Below, piece after piece: positions 24,301 to 36,794 of a DNA stretch of 48,255 nt. This stretch comes from Rhizaria sp. SCN 62-66 (taxonomy: Eukaryota): NCBI GenBank assembly GCA_001724265.1, contig MEDY01000010.1, positions 124,001-172,255 of the forward strand, written 5' to 3'. The first letter of the stretch is position 1, and each line of letters opens with the position of its first letter. Made by a program: the position numbers and the translations under genes. A model generated the notes under the pieces. The model saw nothing but the letters and a program-made list of their open reading frames with translations. It ran no database searches and had not been told where the DNA came from.

Positions 24301-27300
24301 GCGACGGCGGCGGCGACCGCTGCGGCCGGCGGAGTGATCGGCCTGAGCATCATGTCGCCGCTCCCGTCGGTGCGCCCGCAGCAGCTGCCGCCGCCGGTGT
24401 CGCTGCCCTCGCCCGCGGGCTCCGCGGCGACGGTGGCCGCGCTCGACGGCTCATGCGCGGGCTTCTACACGCTGCAGCACTGGCACAACGCGCTGCTGCT
24501 GCCGGTCCGCGGGACGCCGAGACGCGTCGACGCGGCCGGCACCGCCGTCATGCGGGGTTTTGCGGCCGCCGTGTGCAAGGCGCTCATCACGCCCCTGTCC
24601 GCGGCCACCAGCAGCGCCGGTGCGAGCACAAACTCCAGCACCCACACAGCCGACAGCCGCTACAGCAGCGTGAACGGGAACCCGAGCCGGGCGGCGGCCG
24701 TGCCCGCCAAGGGCAGTCTGTACTCGCGCTCGGCGCCCCCGATGCCGCTGGCGGCCCTGGCGCGGCCGCTCTTCACGCTGCTGGCCACCACGTCGCTCTA
24801 CGTGCGCCAGGCGGCCCTGCACGCCATCACGGGCATCATCTGCGCGCCCGCGCCCACCGTGCCGCTCGCCAGCTACGCCGGCGGCGCCGCAGGGATCGCC
24901 CCGCTACAGGCGGTGACCGAGAGCGCCCCGGCCGACGCAGACGGCGGCGGCGGCGGCAGTCATAGCGCCAACGCGCTCGTGCCGATCGCGCTGCCGTCCG
25001 CGGTCCACGGCGTCACCGCGTACGCCACCTTCCCGCTGCTCCCCGCCGCCGCCGCCGCGGCCGCCGCGGCCGACCACAGTGCCTCTGGCGGCCGCTACAG
25101 CCTCGGCGGAGGCGGCGGCCACGGGCGCCGCGAGTCGTCGTCATACCCGTTCCCGACGCCCGCGGCGGCGGCCGTGGCCGCGGCGGCCTCGGCCCCGCTG
25201 GCCGCGTCGCGCTCGCTGTGCCACGTGCGCGCCTGGGCCGACAGCGTGCTCGCCACGGCCGACGACGTCGCGCCCATCGCCGCGCTGCGCTCGCTAGCAG
25301 CCTCGGCTCTGACAGAGGGCTGGGAGGCCACGCTGCGCCGCGCCGCCGCTGCCGCCGCCACGGCCGCGGCCACGGGCGCCGGGGAGACTGCTCTGACAGC
25401 GAGCGCGACCGCCGCGGCCGTGGCGGCTGCGACGACGGCCGCCGCGGTGACCACGGCGGTCAGCAACGACAAGACGGGCCTCGCACTCTCGGGCACTTCA
25501 TCCCCCGCCGCCGTGGCCGCCGCGGCCGCGCAACCCGCCGCGGTGACGGGCGCAGCAGCCGCGGCGCTGGCCACGACCCCGCTCGACGCGCGCGTGCACG
25601 TGGCGCTGGCCGCGCTATCCGCGCTCGCCTCGGCGCCCCCCGCGGCCGCGGGCACGGCGGCGCTGCGCTACGCAGTCAATATTGCTGCGCTGGGGCTGCT
25701 GCACTGCTTCGCCGACGACGCGGGCGACTACAGACAGGCGCCCGCCGCCGACGAGCGCGCCGCCATCGTGGCGCAGGTCGCGGCCGCCGACGCCAAGGCC
25801 GGCAGCTCGAGCTCCTCGTCCTCGTCCTCGTCGGCGGCGGCGGCGACTTCGAAGCAGCAGCAACAGCAGCAGGCCATCGCGGCCGCCGCTGCCGCTGCAG
25901 CCGCAGCCAAGAACGCCGGCGACGCCAGCAAGGGCTCCAGCAGTGCTAGCAAGACTAGCGCCGCCTCCGCCGCTGCTGCGGCCGCTGCTGCTGTTACTGC
26001 TAGTGCCACTGCAAATATCCGCACTAGCAGCAGCAGCAGCAGCAGTAACAGCGCAGCGCGCGGCAGTGCGAGCGGCACCGGCAAGCGCGTTTCGCCGCTG
26101 CCGCCGTCGGTGCTCGCGGTGGCCCCGTGGCTGCGGCCGTGCGCGCCCGTTGCCACGGCGGCCGAGAGCGGCAGCGACGGCGGCAGCGGGCTTGAGGCGG
26201 AGGTCGACTTCGGCTGGCTCCTGCTTCAGTGCGCGGCCCTGCTGACGAACGGCGGGGCGTTGAGTGTGAGTGCGGGCGTTGTGGCGGCCGAGGGCGACCG
26301 CGTGGAGCTCGATCTCGACGCTCTGCCGGACGCCCGCAGCCGCAGTACCTGCGGCACCACTAGCAGTCGTTGCAGCAACAGGAGTGGTAACTCGAACACG
26401 CAGGTCTGCTTCGCGAGCAAGTCGGACGAAGACGACAACACTCTGTACACCCTCGTGACGGCTGCGACCGACTCCTCTCATAGCGGCGACATCTACAACG
26501 ATGACGATGGCGCGAATGCTGGTGCAAAGGGCCGTGGTTTCCTGCTCGTCGATGAGACGGACATGCCTCTGCTCGATGCACTGCGCATCGCTGCCGCCAC
26601 CGCCATCACGCCCTACGTCAACAGCAGCGGCAGCGGCGACGGCAACATCACGGTCAGCACCGCCGGTGGGTCGGCCGCGCTGGCCGTGTCGCCCGTGGCC
26701 GCCGCGCTGCTGCTTGCCTCACTTGTGTCCCCGCGCCGCGGCGGCTCGGCCGCGGCGCTGCTGCCGCTGCCGACGCCGCTGCCCACCGCGCAGCGCTACC
26801 TGACCGCGCTTTCCGCTTCCACAGCGACGGCGACTGCGGGTAACAACAACGCCAGCAGCAACAGTAGCGCCTCCTGTGGCGAGTGCACGTGTGCCGACAC
26901 CGGGCTGCTCTCGGCCGCGTCCGCAGTGGCCGCCGCGTGCTTTGCCGCGACGCCGCTGTCAACGCCCGCGTGCGACACAGCCCCGCTCGCGCTGCCGGCG
27001 CCGCCGCGCGCGGTCTGCCCCGCCGCGGGCTCCGGGCGCTGCGCCGCAGCCGCCGCGCTCGCGCACGCGCGGTCCGCCGCCCCCGCGCTCGCCGCCGCGG
27101 CGCGCCCGCTGCCGCCGCCGTCGCTGTCGCACTGGGCGAACCCGTACCTGCACCCGCGCAACGCCGCGCTCTACGGCGCCGCTGCGGCGACTATGACCGT
27201 CACCGCGCCCACGGCCGCGCTCGACGCCGATCTTAGCCTCGGCCTCGGCATTGACGGCCACGTGCACACGTCGACGGCTGCAAGGTCTGGCGCAGAGGGC

Positions 27301-30300
27301 AGGTGGCTGACGCGTGTGCTGGCAGCGCGGCTGCCGTGGGGCGGCGTCGTGACCGCGCCGCTGCTTGCGGCGCCCGCGCTCGCGACGGCGCTGCCGCACT
27401 CGCGCCTCGCGCACTGCGCCGGCGCGCTCATCGCCGCCGCCGCCGCCAGCGCCGTCACCATCACGCTCTCGGGCGTCAGCGCCAGTTCGAGTGCGGGCGT
27501 GGCGTCGTCGTCGGTGACCGTGAGCCACAGCGGCGCTTCTGCGGCTGAAGTGACGGTGAGTCGGCTGCTGCTGCAGCTGTACCACTGCCTGACCGCGCCC
27601 GCGGACAGCGGCTGCGCGCCGCCGCCCGCCGCCGCGCGGTGCCAGGCCCGTATGCAGCGCGTGCTGCGCCCGCCCACGCCCCTCATCCTCGCTGTCGCTC
27701 CCACTGCCGTCGATGCTGCGGACGCGAGCAAGAGCACTGCCGGGCGTGTCGGTGCGTTTGTCGCCTCGCCTCTTGCTGCCTCGGCCAACGCCACTGCAAC
27801 TGCCGCGACTGCCGCGACCGGTAGTAGTGAGGCTGCTACTGCACGAACCGAGCCGCAGACGCCGCCGCTGCGCCCCCGTCTGTCGCTCGCGTTCTCACCG
27901 GGCTCCGTCGCGTCGCCCCCGCTCACCGGCTCCAACAGCAACAGCACCGGTGCTCCTGCCGCCGCTCGTGGCTCAGGCTCGAGCGCTGGCCCTGGCGCTG
28001 GCGCGGGTGTCGCGATGCTTCGCGTGGACTCGGCGGCCACGTCGCCGCGCTCGCCCGCGCTTTCGCATATCAACAACACCAACAACAACAACACTACGAC
28101 CAACAGCAGCGGCAGCGGCAGCGGGCTTCCGGCGCTCAAGTCCGGGCTGAGCATCAACGCCAACGCTGCGCACAGCAACAGCATCCACGGCCACCGCGGC
28201 GGCATGCGCTACTTGCTCCCGCTGCCCTCCACCACGGCCGCGGCCGGCCTCATGCTCCTGCTCTCGCCACGCGGCGCCGCGGCCGGCAACGCTAGCGGTC
28301 ACAACAACGGCGCGGGCCCCGCTGGCGGCGTCTTCGGCCCGCTGACGACCGTGCGCACCCGCGCTGCGCCGCGCGGTCAGGCTTTTTTCGGTCCCACAAC
28401 GATGACCTCCGCCGGTGCGAGCGGCGTGGTGTCGCCGATTGTCGGCGGCAGCGCGCACGGCAGCGGCGTTTTCGACAGCCACAATGCGTCGGGTGTGTTT
28501 TCCGAAGAAGAGGAAGACCTGCACAGCACCGCTAACGCCGCCAAGGGTGATAAGGGCGACAAGAAGGCTACTGGTGGCGGCGACGAGGACGAGGGCGCCA
28601 ACTCGCCCCTCGCGTTGGCGGCGGCGTCGGCGTCGGCGCTCATCACCGCGCTGGAGCGCCGCCCCTCGACCTCGGACCCCGCGCTGGGCGTCGCGTCGCC
28701 GCGCTCCGGCGCCGAGTCCGCCGTCGCGTCCTTCTTCTCGCCGCCGCGCCTCACCGCCGCAGACACCGCCGCCGCGGCTGCCGCGGCCGCTGCGGCTGCG
28801 GCGAGTGCAAGCGCCGCCGCCAGCGCGAGCTCCGGAGCCGCGAAGAAGGGCGACAATGACAACGGTGACAGCATTGTCGGCGTCACCGTCAAGACCACCG
28901 CGCTGCCTGAGCCCGAGACCGAGTCGGTGACTCGGCGCAGTTCGCCCACCGACGACACCTGCGGCGATGCCGATGCAGACGCCGACGCTGCCGCCGCCGC
29001 CATCGACGCCGCAGCCGCCGCCGCAGTCGCCGCCGTCGCGGCCGCCGCGGCCAACGGTGCCGCGGTAGGCTACGACGCGACGCCGTCGAAGCTGACTCTG
29101 CGCCGCAGCTCGCTGCCCTCCGGCGTCCTGCTGCCCTCCGCGATGGGCGCAGTGGGCAACAATAGCGGCTCCGACATGACGCCGTCTACCACGCCCGCGC
29201 CCGGCGCCATGGCCAGGCCCGGTATGGGCACGCCCAGTGTCAGCACCTCGAGCACGAGTCAAAGCGCCGCCGTCCCCGCTGCGGGCGCCGGCGCGAGCAC
29301 CAGCGGCGCGCTCAGCGTCTACGCTCAGTCGCAGCCGACCTCTGGCTCCGGCCAGCAGCCGCAGTTCCGCGCCAGCCTCAACCTGCTGTCCGCCACGAAC
29401 TCAAGCAGCGCCAGCGGCAGCGGGAACGGCTCCGGGCTCGTCGTGAACACGGCGCGCGTGCAGCCGCCTTCTGCGTCAGTGGCCGCCCTGCTGCCCCACG
29501 CGCCGGCCGCGCCGGCCACGCTGTCGCTGCCCACGGCGGCGGCCTCGTCGTTTCCTCTGCCGCTCTCGCTCATCGGCGCCGCGTCAGCACACAACCCCGC
29601 GTCATTCTCGGCGCAGCTGCGCGACGCGCTGCTCTCGGCGCTCTCCCGCTCCACGCCCGCAGCGCGCGCGCTGCCGCGGCTGCTGCTGTCCGCGCTCGTC
29701 TCGTTGCTCGCCGCCAAGGCCAAGGCGCGCGCGCCGCTACCCTGGGCGCGCCGCCTGCGCCAGGTCGCCTTCGTCGCCGCCGCGGTCAAGGCCTTCGTGC
29801 TGGGCCTGCCGCTCGACGCCGCCGAGGCCGGCTACACGGAGCATGCCGCCGCCGCCGCCTCTGCCAAGTACGCCGCCGCGGTCGCCGCCTCAAACACCAG
29901 CAGCGGCAGCGGCGTGGCCGCGGCGGTGACCGCGAGCAACGGTGTCAGCGGCAGCGGCGCCGGCAGAGGCGCCAGTCTGACCCCGCTGCACCCCGGCGAC
30001 CTCTCAATCCCGGAGACGGCCTTCACCGGAGGCGCAGACGCGCTCTCGGCCGCCTTCGCTGGCTCCGGCGCCGGCCCCGGCTCCGGCGGCGCGGGCTACG
30101 GCGCGGGCTACGGCCCGGGTTATGGCGGGTTCGGCGGCACCGCGGTCGCGCTGGGCGGCTGGTCGTGGGCGCCCGCGAGCGCGCCCGTGGCCTTCCTGCC
30201 GCCCGCGCTGCTCTCGCCGCTGTGTCTCTTCCGCTCGCCGCCGCCGCAGTCGCTCCTCGTCCGCGCCTCAGCGGCCCCCGCCCTCGCTATGAGCGCCGGC

Positions 30301-33152
30301 GGCTGCGACGGCGAGTACGAGTCAGCGCAGTCCGCGACAGCGGCTGCGTCGTCGTGCGGCGTTGTGGTGACCGTGCCCGCGAGCGGTCACCTGTCCTCGG
30401 CGCCCTGGGTGCTGCCCGCGGCCGACAGCGGGCTCTACGCGCTGTCCTCGGTGGACCGCAAGCGTCCGCTGTGGTCCGCGGCGTTGGGCGCGCTCTCGCT
30501 CATCACCAACGCGCACGTGCCGTGTTCCTACTCCGACTCAGAGGACGAGGCCGGCGACGACAGCGAGAACGAGGACGACGACGAAGAGTACCTCCAGTGT
30601 CACGAGAACAACAACAACAACAGCACCGCCGCCAGCGCGAACAAGCCCGACAGCGCCGCCGCCGACAGCGCGAGCGAGAGCGATGCTGACAGCATGGACG
30701 GCGACGACGCGGCCCTCTTGGCCGGCGTCACCGGCAAGGCCGCCCGCCGCCGCCTGCGCCGCCGCCTCGCGCGCCGCCGCGCCCGCCGCGCGCTGCTGCC
30801 GCTTGTGCCGCGCCTCGGCCTCGCCTTCCCGGGCGCCGCCGAGGCCGCGCGCATTCCCGCGCCAGCGCCGTCCCGGTCCAGCGCGAGTGCCGTCGCCACT
30901 GTGACCCCGCTGGCTCCCCCCGCGGGCGCCGCTGTCATCGGCCTCGGCCCCAGCGCCGCGGGCCCCGGCATGGGCGTCGCGCTCGACCTGTTCCCGCTCT
31001 CCCCGCTGGCCAGCACCAGCCTCGCGCTCACGTCGGCGGCCTCGCCCGCCGCGCCGGCCGCCGCGCTGGCCGCCGCCACCCCCGGCGCCGGCTCCGGCTC
31101 CTTCAGCGCCGGCGCCGGGGCTGGTGGCGCGGGCGCTGCGGTGCCAGCGCACCTGTCCGCGCTGTCGCGCATAGCGACGCTGCGCGCCAGCCAGTCGACG
31201 CTGCGCTCGCCGCTCACCGCGCGCCTCCCGATGCCCTCCTTCACCGCCAGCGCCAGCAGCGGCAGCGCCAGCGGCGGCAGCGCCAGCAGTGCTGCGAACA
31301 CAGCCGTTGGCCACGCCGCCGGCAGTCTGAGCATGAGCGCGAGCGCGAGCGCGGCGCACATGGCCTCGCTGCTGCTGCCGCTGTCGGCGCAGTTCGCGAC
31401 GCCGGTGACGGTGGGCGAGGCTCTCGCGCTGGCGATGGCGCCGACGCTCTCGGCGCCCATCCCCAGCATCCTCTACACCAACGCCAACGGCAGCGGCGCG
31501 GGCGCGGGCTACGGCCTGGACGACCCGTTCTCCAGCGGGCGCGACGTGGGCGATTCGTTCCGCGGCAGCAGCGGCGGCGGATTCAGCTTCGGCTCCGGCC
31601 TCCGCAAGGGCACCACCACCCGCGCCAGCATCGGCACGTTCACCCTCAATAATAACACCAACAGCAGCACCCCTCAGCGCAGCGGCTGCAACCCGAGCGT
31701 GGGCGACGGCTCCCCGCCATCGGTCGCCGCCAACAGCATCAGCAACGGCGGCTCGCTGCTCAACAGCAGCTCCGGCGGCGCTGGTAACGGAGGCACGATG
31801 AACAGCGGCCGCGGCGGCTTCTACAACACGCTGCGCCGGTCATCGATCCCCAACATCACCGCGTTGCTCCAGCTCGAGGCCGAGAACGCCGCCGCGGCCG
31901 CGGCCGCCGTGTCTGTGACCGACCCCAGCGACGGCAAGGACAAAGACAAGGACGGCGGTGCCAAGGACAAGGACGCGGTCCCGTCCTCGGCGTCCGCGTC
32001 TGCGCCCGGCTCGCTGCACCTGTACGAGCCGGGCGGCCTGGACGGCGACTGCGAGCTCATCGAGCGCCTGCTCACTCTCCTGCACTCGCTCCGCATCGTC
32101 ACGTTCGACAACTTCGCGCAAAACACTTCCACCTCGGCTGCGGCGGCTGCGGCGGCGACGGCCAACGCGCTCTCGCTGCCCGGCACTACCGCCGCGGCGG
32201 GCGCCAGCGGCAGCGGCGCCAGCGGCGGCGCCGGCGCCGGTGCCGGTGGCGGCGCGGGCGGCGGCGGCAGCGCGGGCAGCGTCGGCGCCCTCCGCCGCGA
32301 GCGGTCGGCTGTGGGCGGGCTATTCGGGATGCTTAATAACGCCAACAGCGGCGCGGGCGGCGGCGGCGGCGGCAACACACTCGGGCTTGGCGCCCGCCGC
32401 GTCGCCGCTGCCGGCACTGGCACCGGCGCTGGCGCTGGCGCTGGCGCTGGTGTCGGGGTCGGTGTCGGTGCTAACGCCGGCGCGAGCAATGCTGCTGCGG
32501 CTGCAGGCGCGCTCACGACGGACGGGCTGCTGGTCGCTACGAGCTCCAACTCGCTCTCGCACAGCAGCAGCAGCAGCAGTAGCGGCGGTGGCGGCGGTGG
32601 CGGGCACGGCCAGTACAGCTCCGGCACCCTGAGCAGCAACAGCATCGTCGTGGTCTCGGGCGTCGCGCCGCCCTCCCACGCCGTCGGCTTCGGCGGACTG
32701 CGCAAGCCGGCGAGCCAGGCCGTGTGGACCTCGTTGTCCGAGCTCGGCGGCGTCTTCACGCCCGACGAGAGCGAGCGCGCGCCCACGGCCAGCGAAACGG
32801 CGCTCATCAAGCGCATTCAGGTACGCAAGACGGCAATCACGTATTTTCGTCATGTTTCAGTATATCGTGTACAACAGTGTCTTTAATTGATATATAATGT
32901 GTAATTGTGTGTTCTTTATTGTGCTTTTACTCCAAATCCCTCATACTCATCGCTTCATCCTCCTATATCCTATTTTTGCTCTAAACCTCCACACAGGCAA
33001 CTGCCGAGATGCTCAAGGACCTGCTCCCCGTACTGGCGCTGCTGAAGGAGCGGGCACACGTGCTCACTCCGCAGCAGGTGTCCGCACTGGTGCGCGAGTT
33101 TGTCGCGCTCGAGAACAGGCAGAAGGTGTTCGTCACCAAGCTCACGGCGTAA
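15319..33152 (+). CDS. Giant DEP + PH domain protein, ~5825 aa, mostly Ala/Ser/Gly low-complexity; exons 15319-17019, 17200-32820 and 32997-33152
   Basis: DEP-like VRDVRKMLATYRACFSGDDLVHTL...TRPAATALATALLAHRFI...FNPSPEALYQF (~15436-15802). PH-like WAGWVDKKRDKRLALSWYQRRYLRL...LCYY...PLGFIPIADI...VVTPNRVYGFKTDSARAATQWVAAIQAAL (~17215-17507). Two phase-0 GT-AG introns. Last exon ATAEMLKDLLPVLALL...TKLTA ends in TAA. Confidence 0.85.
17020..17199 (+). other. Spliceosomal intron (180 nt, phase 0)
   Basis: CAG|GTTCGT...CCTGAC...TTTTTTTTC...GCAG|GGC; AT-rich; has a branch-point motif and pyrimidine tract. Confidence 0.85.
32821..32996 (+). other. Spliceosomal intron (176 nt, phase 0)
   Basis: CAG|GTACGC...ACACAG|GCA; AT-rich; followed by a GC3-rich terminal exon. 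Confidence 0.85.
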
Positions 33153-33558
33153 TCAAACAACATATTCAAGCTTTCCAGTCACGTTAATGTGACTGCGCTG
33201 TATAATTTCTACAAGATATGACTTATATATGCAGGCTAAATAGGTTCTACGAAGAGTTTTATGTAAACCCAACGAGTAACAAATACACTAATTTCACTAT
33301 TTTGATTAATCATGCATCGCAATACTCATAACGCAGTCATTTCATATCATTTGTCATTTCATCCAGTCCGGCTCAAGCTTGCAGCGCGAGCCGACCGGCC
33401 GAAACACAGCAGCACAGCGGAATGATCCTAGAGAGAGTAGTTACTTCCATGTCTATTGTTGTATTTGCGACAGTAAGAGTCGAACTGACATGCTAGCAGA
33501 TACGGCACAGCACACCAGGGTGTAGAAGACTTGATTGATAAGCTCTTGTAGGTAAAGC

Positions 33559-34421
33559 TTACCGGTAGGACTTCTGGTAGCGGGCGCGGGCGCCGGGACC
33601 ACCGAACTTCTTGGGCTCGCGGCGACGGGGGTCAGCGACGAGGAGGGAGCGGTCGTAGCTCAGGAGGAGGTTCTTGATCTCGACCTTGGAGGCCTCATCG
33701 ACGTCTATAAAGGACAAAGCAAGCGAGCGAGAGCGGGAGCGAGGGAGCGAAGAGGATTGGAGGGACAGGGAGGAAGAGAAGCGAGAAGTGAGCGAAGGTG
33801 CGGGACATGGAAGATCAACGCGAATAGGGTGCGCAATAGTGAATCAAGGTAATAGCTCGATTGAAGTAGCTATATTACATGATTAAAGAGCGAAAGCAGC
33901 CGCGCTTGCCCTGTCGCGGACGTTTGGGAGTGGGCAGCGCGATGCAGTGGGTGTGCGAAGAGAAGGACGTACACTTCTGGTAGTAAGCAACGAGGGCCTT
34001 GCCGATGGCCTGGCGGACAGCGTAGACCTGAGCGACGTTACCACCGCCGTTGACCTTGACGCGGATGTCGACCTTGCCGTAGCGCTGAGGGTCTCGTTGG
34101 CGATCGTGTCAACGGGCTTGCCGTTGATCTTGACCAGACCAGAGCCAGCCTTGCAGTGGGCGACCGCAATGGCGGACTTCTACTCGGGCGATAAAATCAC
34201 GTAGCAGCGTCAAAAGAGGCAACGACAGAGAGGGCAGGGCGTGAGCGGCAGTCGCAGTGGACACTAGGGGCACACCGCCCCGGTCGGGCAGTAGACAGTG
34301 GCGATCAAAACTAGGCATAAAGCACAACAAATCCGTCAATAGAGAATATGGGGGGTGTGCGGGAAGAAACAACACAGTGACGTACCTTCTTACCGTAAAC
34401 CTGAACAGCGGGAGCAGACAT
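33559..34421 (-). CDS. RPS16: 40S ribosomal protein S16 (uS9); exons 34421-34386, 34179-33973 and 33704-33559; apparent ~40-nt frameshifting deletion near 34088 (assembly error or pseudogenised allele)
   Basis: [12 protein letters not shown] / [31 protein letters not shown] [gap and frameshift] [38 protein letters not shown] / [51 protein letters not shown] stop. Exon total is 389 nt, not a multiple of 3. Confidence 0.95.
33705..33972 (-). other. RPS16 intron 2 (268 nt, phase 1)
   Basis: AAGT|GTACGT...TTATAG|ACGTC; pyrimidine-rich on the minus strand. Confidence 0.9.
34180..34385 (-). other. RPS16 intron 1 (206 nt, phase 0)
   Basis: AAG|GTACGT...GAGTAG|AAG; splicing restores the conserved GKKK motif. 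Confidence 0.9.
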
Positions 34422-35082
34422 GGTGAAGCTGATAACACTTTTTCCTTGCCGTCCCAGAGCTTGTCTTCACCCTTCGGCCCCGCCCTCGGACTGGGCCCCG
34501 GTTTGCGGGCGGCGGCCTTCATTCAAACGTAGGCCGCAACCACAAATCATTTCCATTTTTTCAGTCCATCGCCTCCCAGCATTTCTCGCTCCTCTCGACC
34601 ACCCGTTGCTGTTCGCCTAGTGATTGTGGAGCGATATTGCGGAATCAAAAATATTGTGACTGGGTCCATGGGGTGATTATGTTGCAACGATTTTGGGATA
34701 GATCATGAAGTGTAGTACGAGTATTTTATTTTACTTTCTGCTACAAACTTCGTCTTATCCTACTGAGCACTGCCTTGTTTGACCCCAGTCGAATGCTGAC
34801 TAGCCACCTTCTTAACTCACATCCCGTTGCACGTTGCTGATCTGTATTTGCTTGTGTGCTTCTGCAGACACCTGTCGGTGTAACCCCGTTTTTTTTTGTT
34901 TTCCGTATTCCTTCTCACAAGCACGCACTAAATCACAACAAGCCACTACGCGTTGTTGTTGTCCCTGTCGTGTCGTGTAATTCTTTAAGACTCGTTTGCT
35001 TCACCACAGCAACAGTCTCTCCTTTAACAGCACCATCATTTAACAGCACCGCATAGTACTGCTTTAACTAGCTACACAACAC

Positions 35083-35991
35083 ATGAGTTCCGCAGCGCAC
35101 CACACCCACGGCGGCAGCCTCCCCGCGACGACTCTGTCCGCGGACGTGTCCCCGTCCACGGGCCACCTCTACCCCGCCGTCAACACATGGCTCACGCCCG
35201 ACGGCAAGCACCGCCTCTCGGACGCGTTCAACTTCTGGTTCTTCAATCGCCGTGCGCAGGTCCCGGCCGCGTCCTCGGCGGCCGTGGCGTCAACGGCGGC
35301 CCCCAAGGACCAGTACGAGGGCGGCCTCTTTAAGGTCGGCCCGTTCAGCACCGTCGAGGACTTCTGGGTGCACTACTCGCACGCGCGCCGCCCCACGGAG
35401 ACGTCGCAGCTCTACATCCTGCACTACTGCTTCCGCGACGGCGTGGAGCCGCTGTGGGAGCACCCGGCCAACGCGCGCGGCGGGCGCTGGATCGTGCGTC
35501 TGCGCAAGGGGACCGCGGGCCGCGCGTGGGAGAGCGCACTTCTGGCGCTCGTGGGCGACGAGTTCAACCTGGGCGACGAGGTTTGCGGCGTCGTGCTCTC
35601 GATCAAGAAGCACACGGACGCCACGCTGTCGTTCTGGGTGCGCGCGACGACCAAGGAGGCGGGGCTGCGCGTGCGCGACGCCATCAAGCGCATGCTCGGC
35701 GTGGGGTCAAACGCGCTCGAGTACCGCATGCACGACACATCGCTGCAGCGGCACGAGGCGACCGTGGCCAGCAAGGAGCAGGCCGCGGCCGCCGCGCAGC
35801 AGAAGACGCAGACCCAGGCGCAGTCGCAGGACGGCAGCGCGGACAACGTCGACGGTTCAGGCGCAGACGCCGATGCTGATGCTGATGCTGATGATGCTAG
35901 CGATAGAAACAACAATGGCGGTGGCGTGATGTCGATGATGAAGCAGAATAATGGCACTAGCAACGCTGATGATGATGCTGAGGACGAGTGA
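35083..35991 (+). CDS. EIF4E2: eIF4E family cap-binding protein, class II (4EHP/eIF4E2/nCBP-like), 302 aa
   Basis: HRLSDAFNFWF...QYEGGLFKVGPFSTVEDFWVHYSH...FRDGVEPLWEHPANARGGRWIVRLRKG...WESALLALVGDEF...EVCGVVLS. The W43 and W56 equivalents are F and Y, as in class II. TGA stop. Confidence 0.85.
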   Translation: MSSAAHHTHGGSLPATTLSADVSPSTGHLYPAVNTWLTPDGKHRLSDAFNFWFFNRRAQVPAASSAAVASTAAPKDQYEGGLFKVGPFSTVEDFWVHYSHARRPTETSQLYILHYCFRDGVEPLWEHPANARGGRWIVRLRKGTAGRAWESALLALVGDEFNLGDEVCGVVLSIKKHTDATLSFWVRATTKEAGLRVRDAIKRMLGVGSNALEYRMHDTSLQRHEATVASKEQAAAAAQQKTQTQAQSQDGSADNVDGSGADADADADADDASDRNNNGGGVMSMMKQNNGTSNADDDAEDE

Positions 35992-36794
35992 AGTGTCTTT
36001 TAAGTCCAAATTAAGTTGAAACTAACTAGAATATTGACTGATTTCTGCTCGCCTCACGACGCAAGCAGGTTGTTGTTCAGGCAAGATTTGCGAAGGATAT
36101 CCGCGCCATGGTCAAGTACAGGGCCAATATATTAATACAAGAATGGCTATTTAGTTCTACAATTGCATTTTTATTTTCATTGTGCTTCATTTCACGGAGA
36201 CATCGGGTTGATTAGTCAAGCGGCTTAACTTTGCCCGGAGTCACGTCGCTCTCTGACCTGTGCAACAGCATCCCAGCGCCAAAGTCAGCCTCCTCTCAAA
36301 ACGCAAGCTGGCGAAGTGAAACAAACGTCTGACGTTGTTGTGTAAGTACATAAGGTGTGACACTGGTGTTTATAGGCGTTAACATTGGTATGGTCTTCTA
36401 AAAAGACGGGTGTTGTGGGTCTAGAGCCCCTTTTCCGCTGTCGTTCAGGAACAGCCGCAGTTGCTGTCGAACAAACGTCGAAGTCTCCGCGGGACCCTAG
36501 TTGGTCCTCGCATGATCGTTCATTTTCTTCCTAGCTCCCTGTCAGCTTACTTGGCAGGCGTGTCTTTCTAATTGTTTAATTGTACCCCAACTAAAATGCA
36601 TCTAGGGCGTGCAATATTCTCCTTCATTCTCGCCCATCTCTTCGCACCCAGACTCTCTGCGCTCACCGCCCGCTCAACTCCCGACTTGCCCTTTACGTCC
36701 ACCCTTGCCTCCACGCCGGCGTTCCCCACAGACCAGCGCCGCGCGCTTTCCCCTTTTCCCGTCTCTCAACAGCTTTTCCGGCCCACAGGACAGG

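Noticed and set aside
17223-32853. Many overlapping Arg-rich or antisense ORFs within the giant gene
   Set aside because: Expected from high GC3 and GCN repeats, which deplete stops in other frames; no domain signal.
33705-34385. Possible intronic snoRNAs in RPS16
   Set aside because: No paired C (RUGAUGA) and D (CUGA) boxes were found by eye. H/ACA RNAs cannot be assessed without folding.
34471-34500. GGCCC/TGGGCC motifs upstream of RPS16 resembling plant site II elements
   Set aside because: Short GC-rich motifs in a GC-rich genome, at a single locus and in an unknown lineage; not distinguishable from chance.
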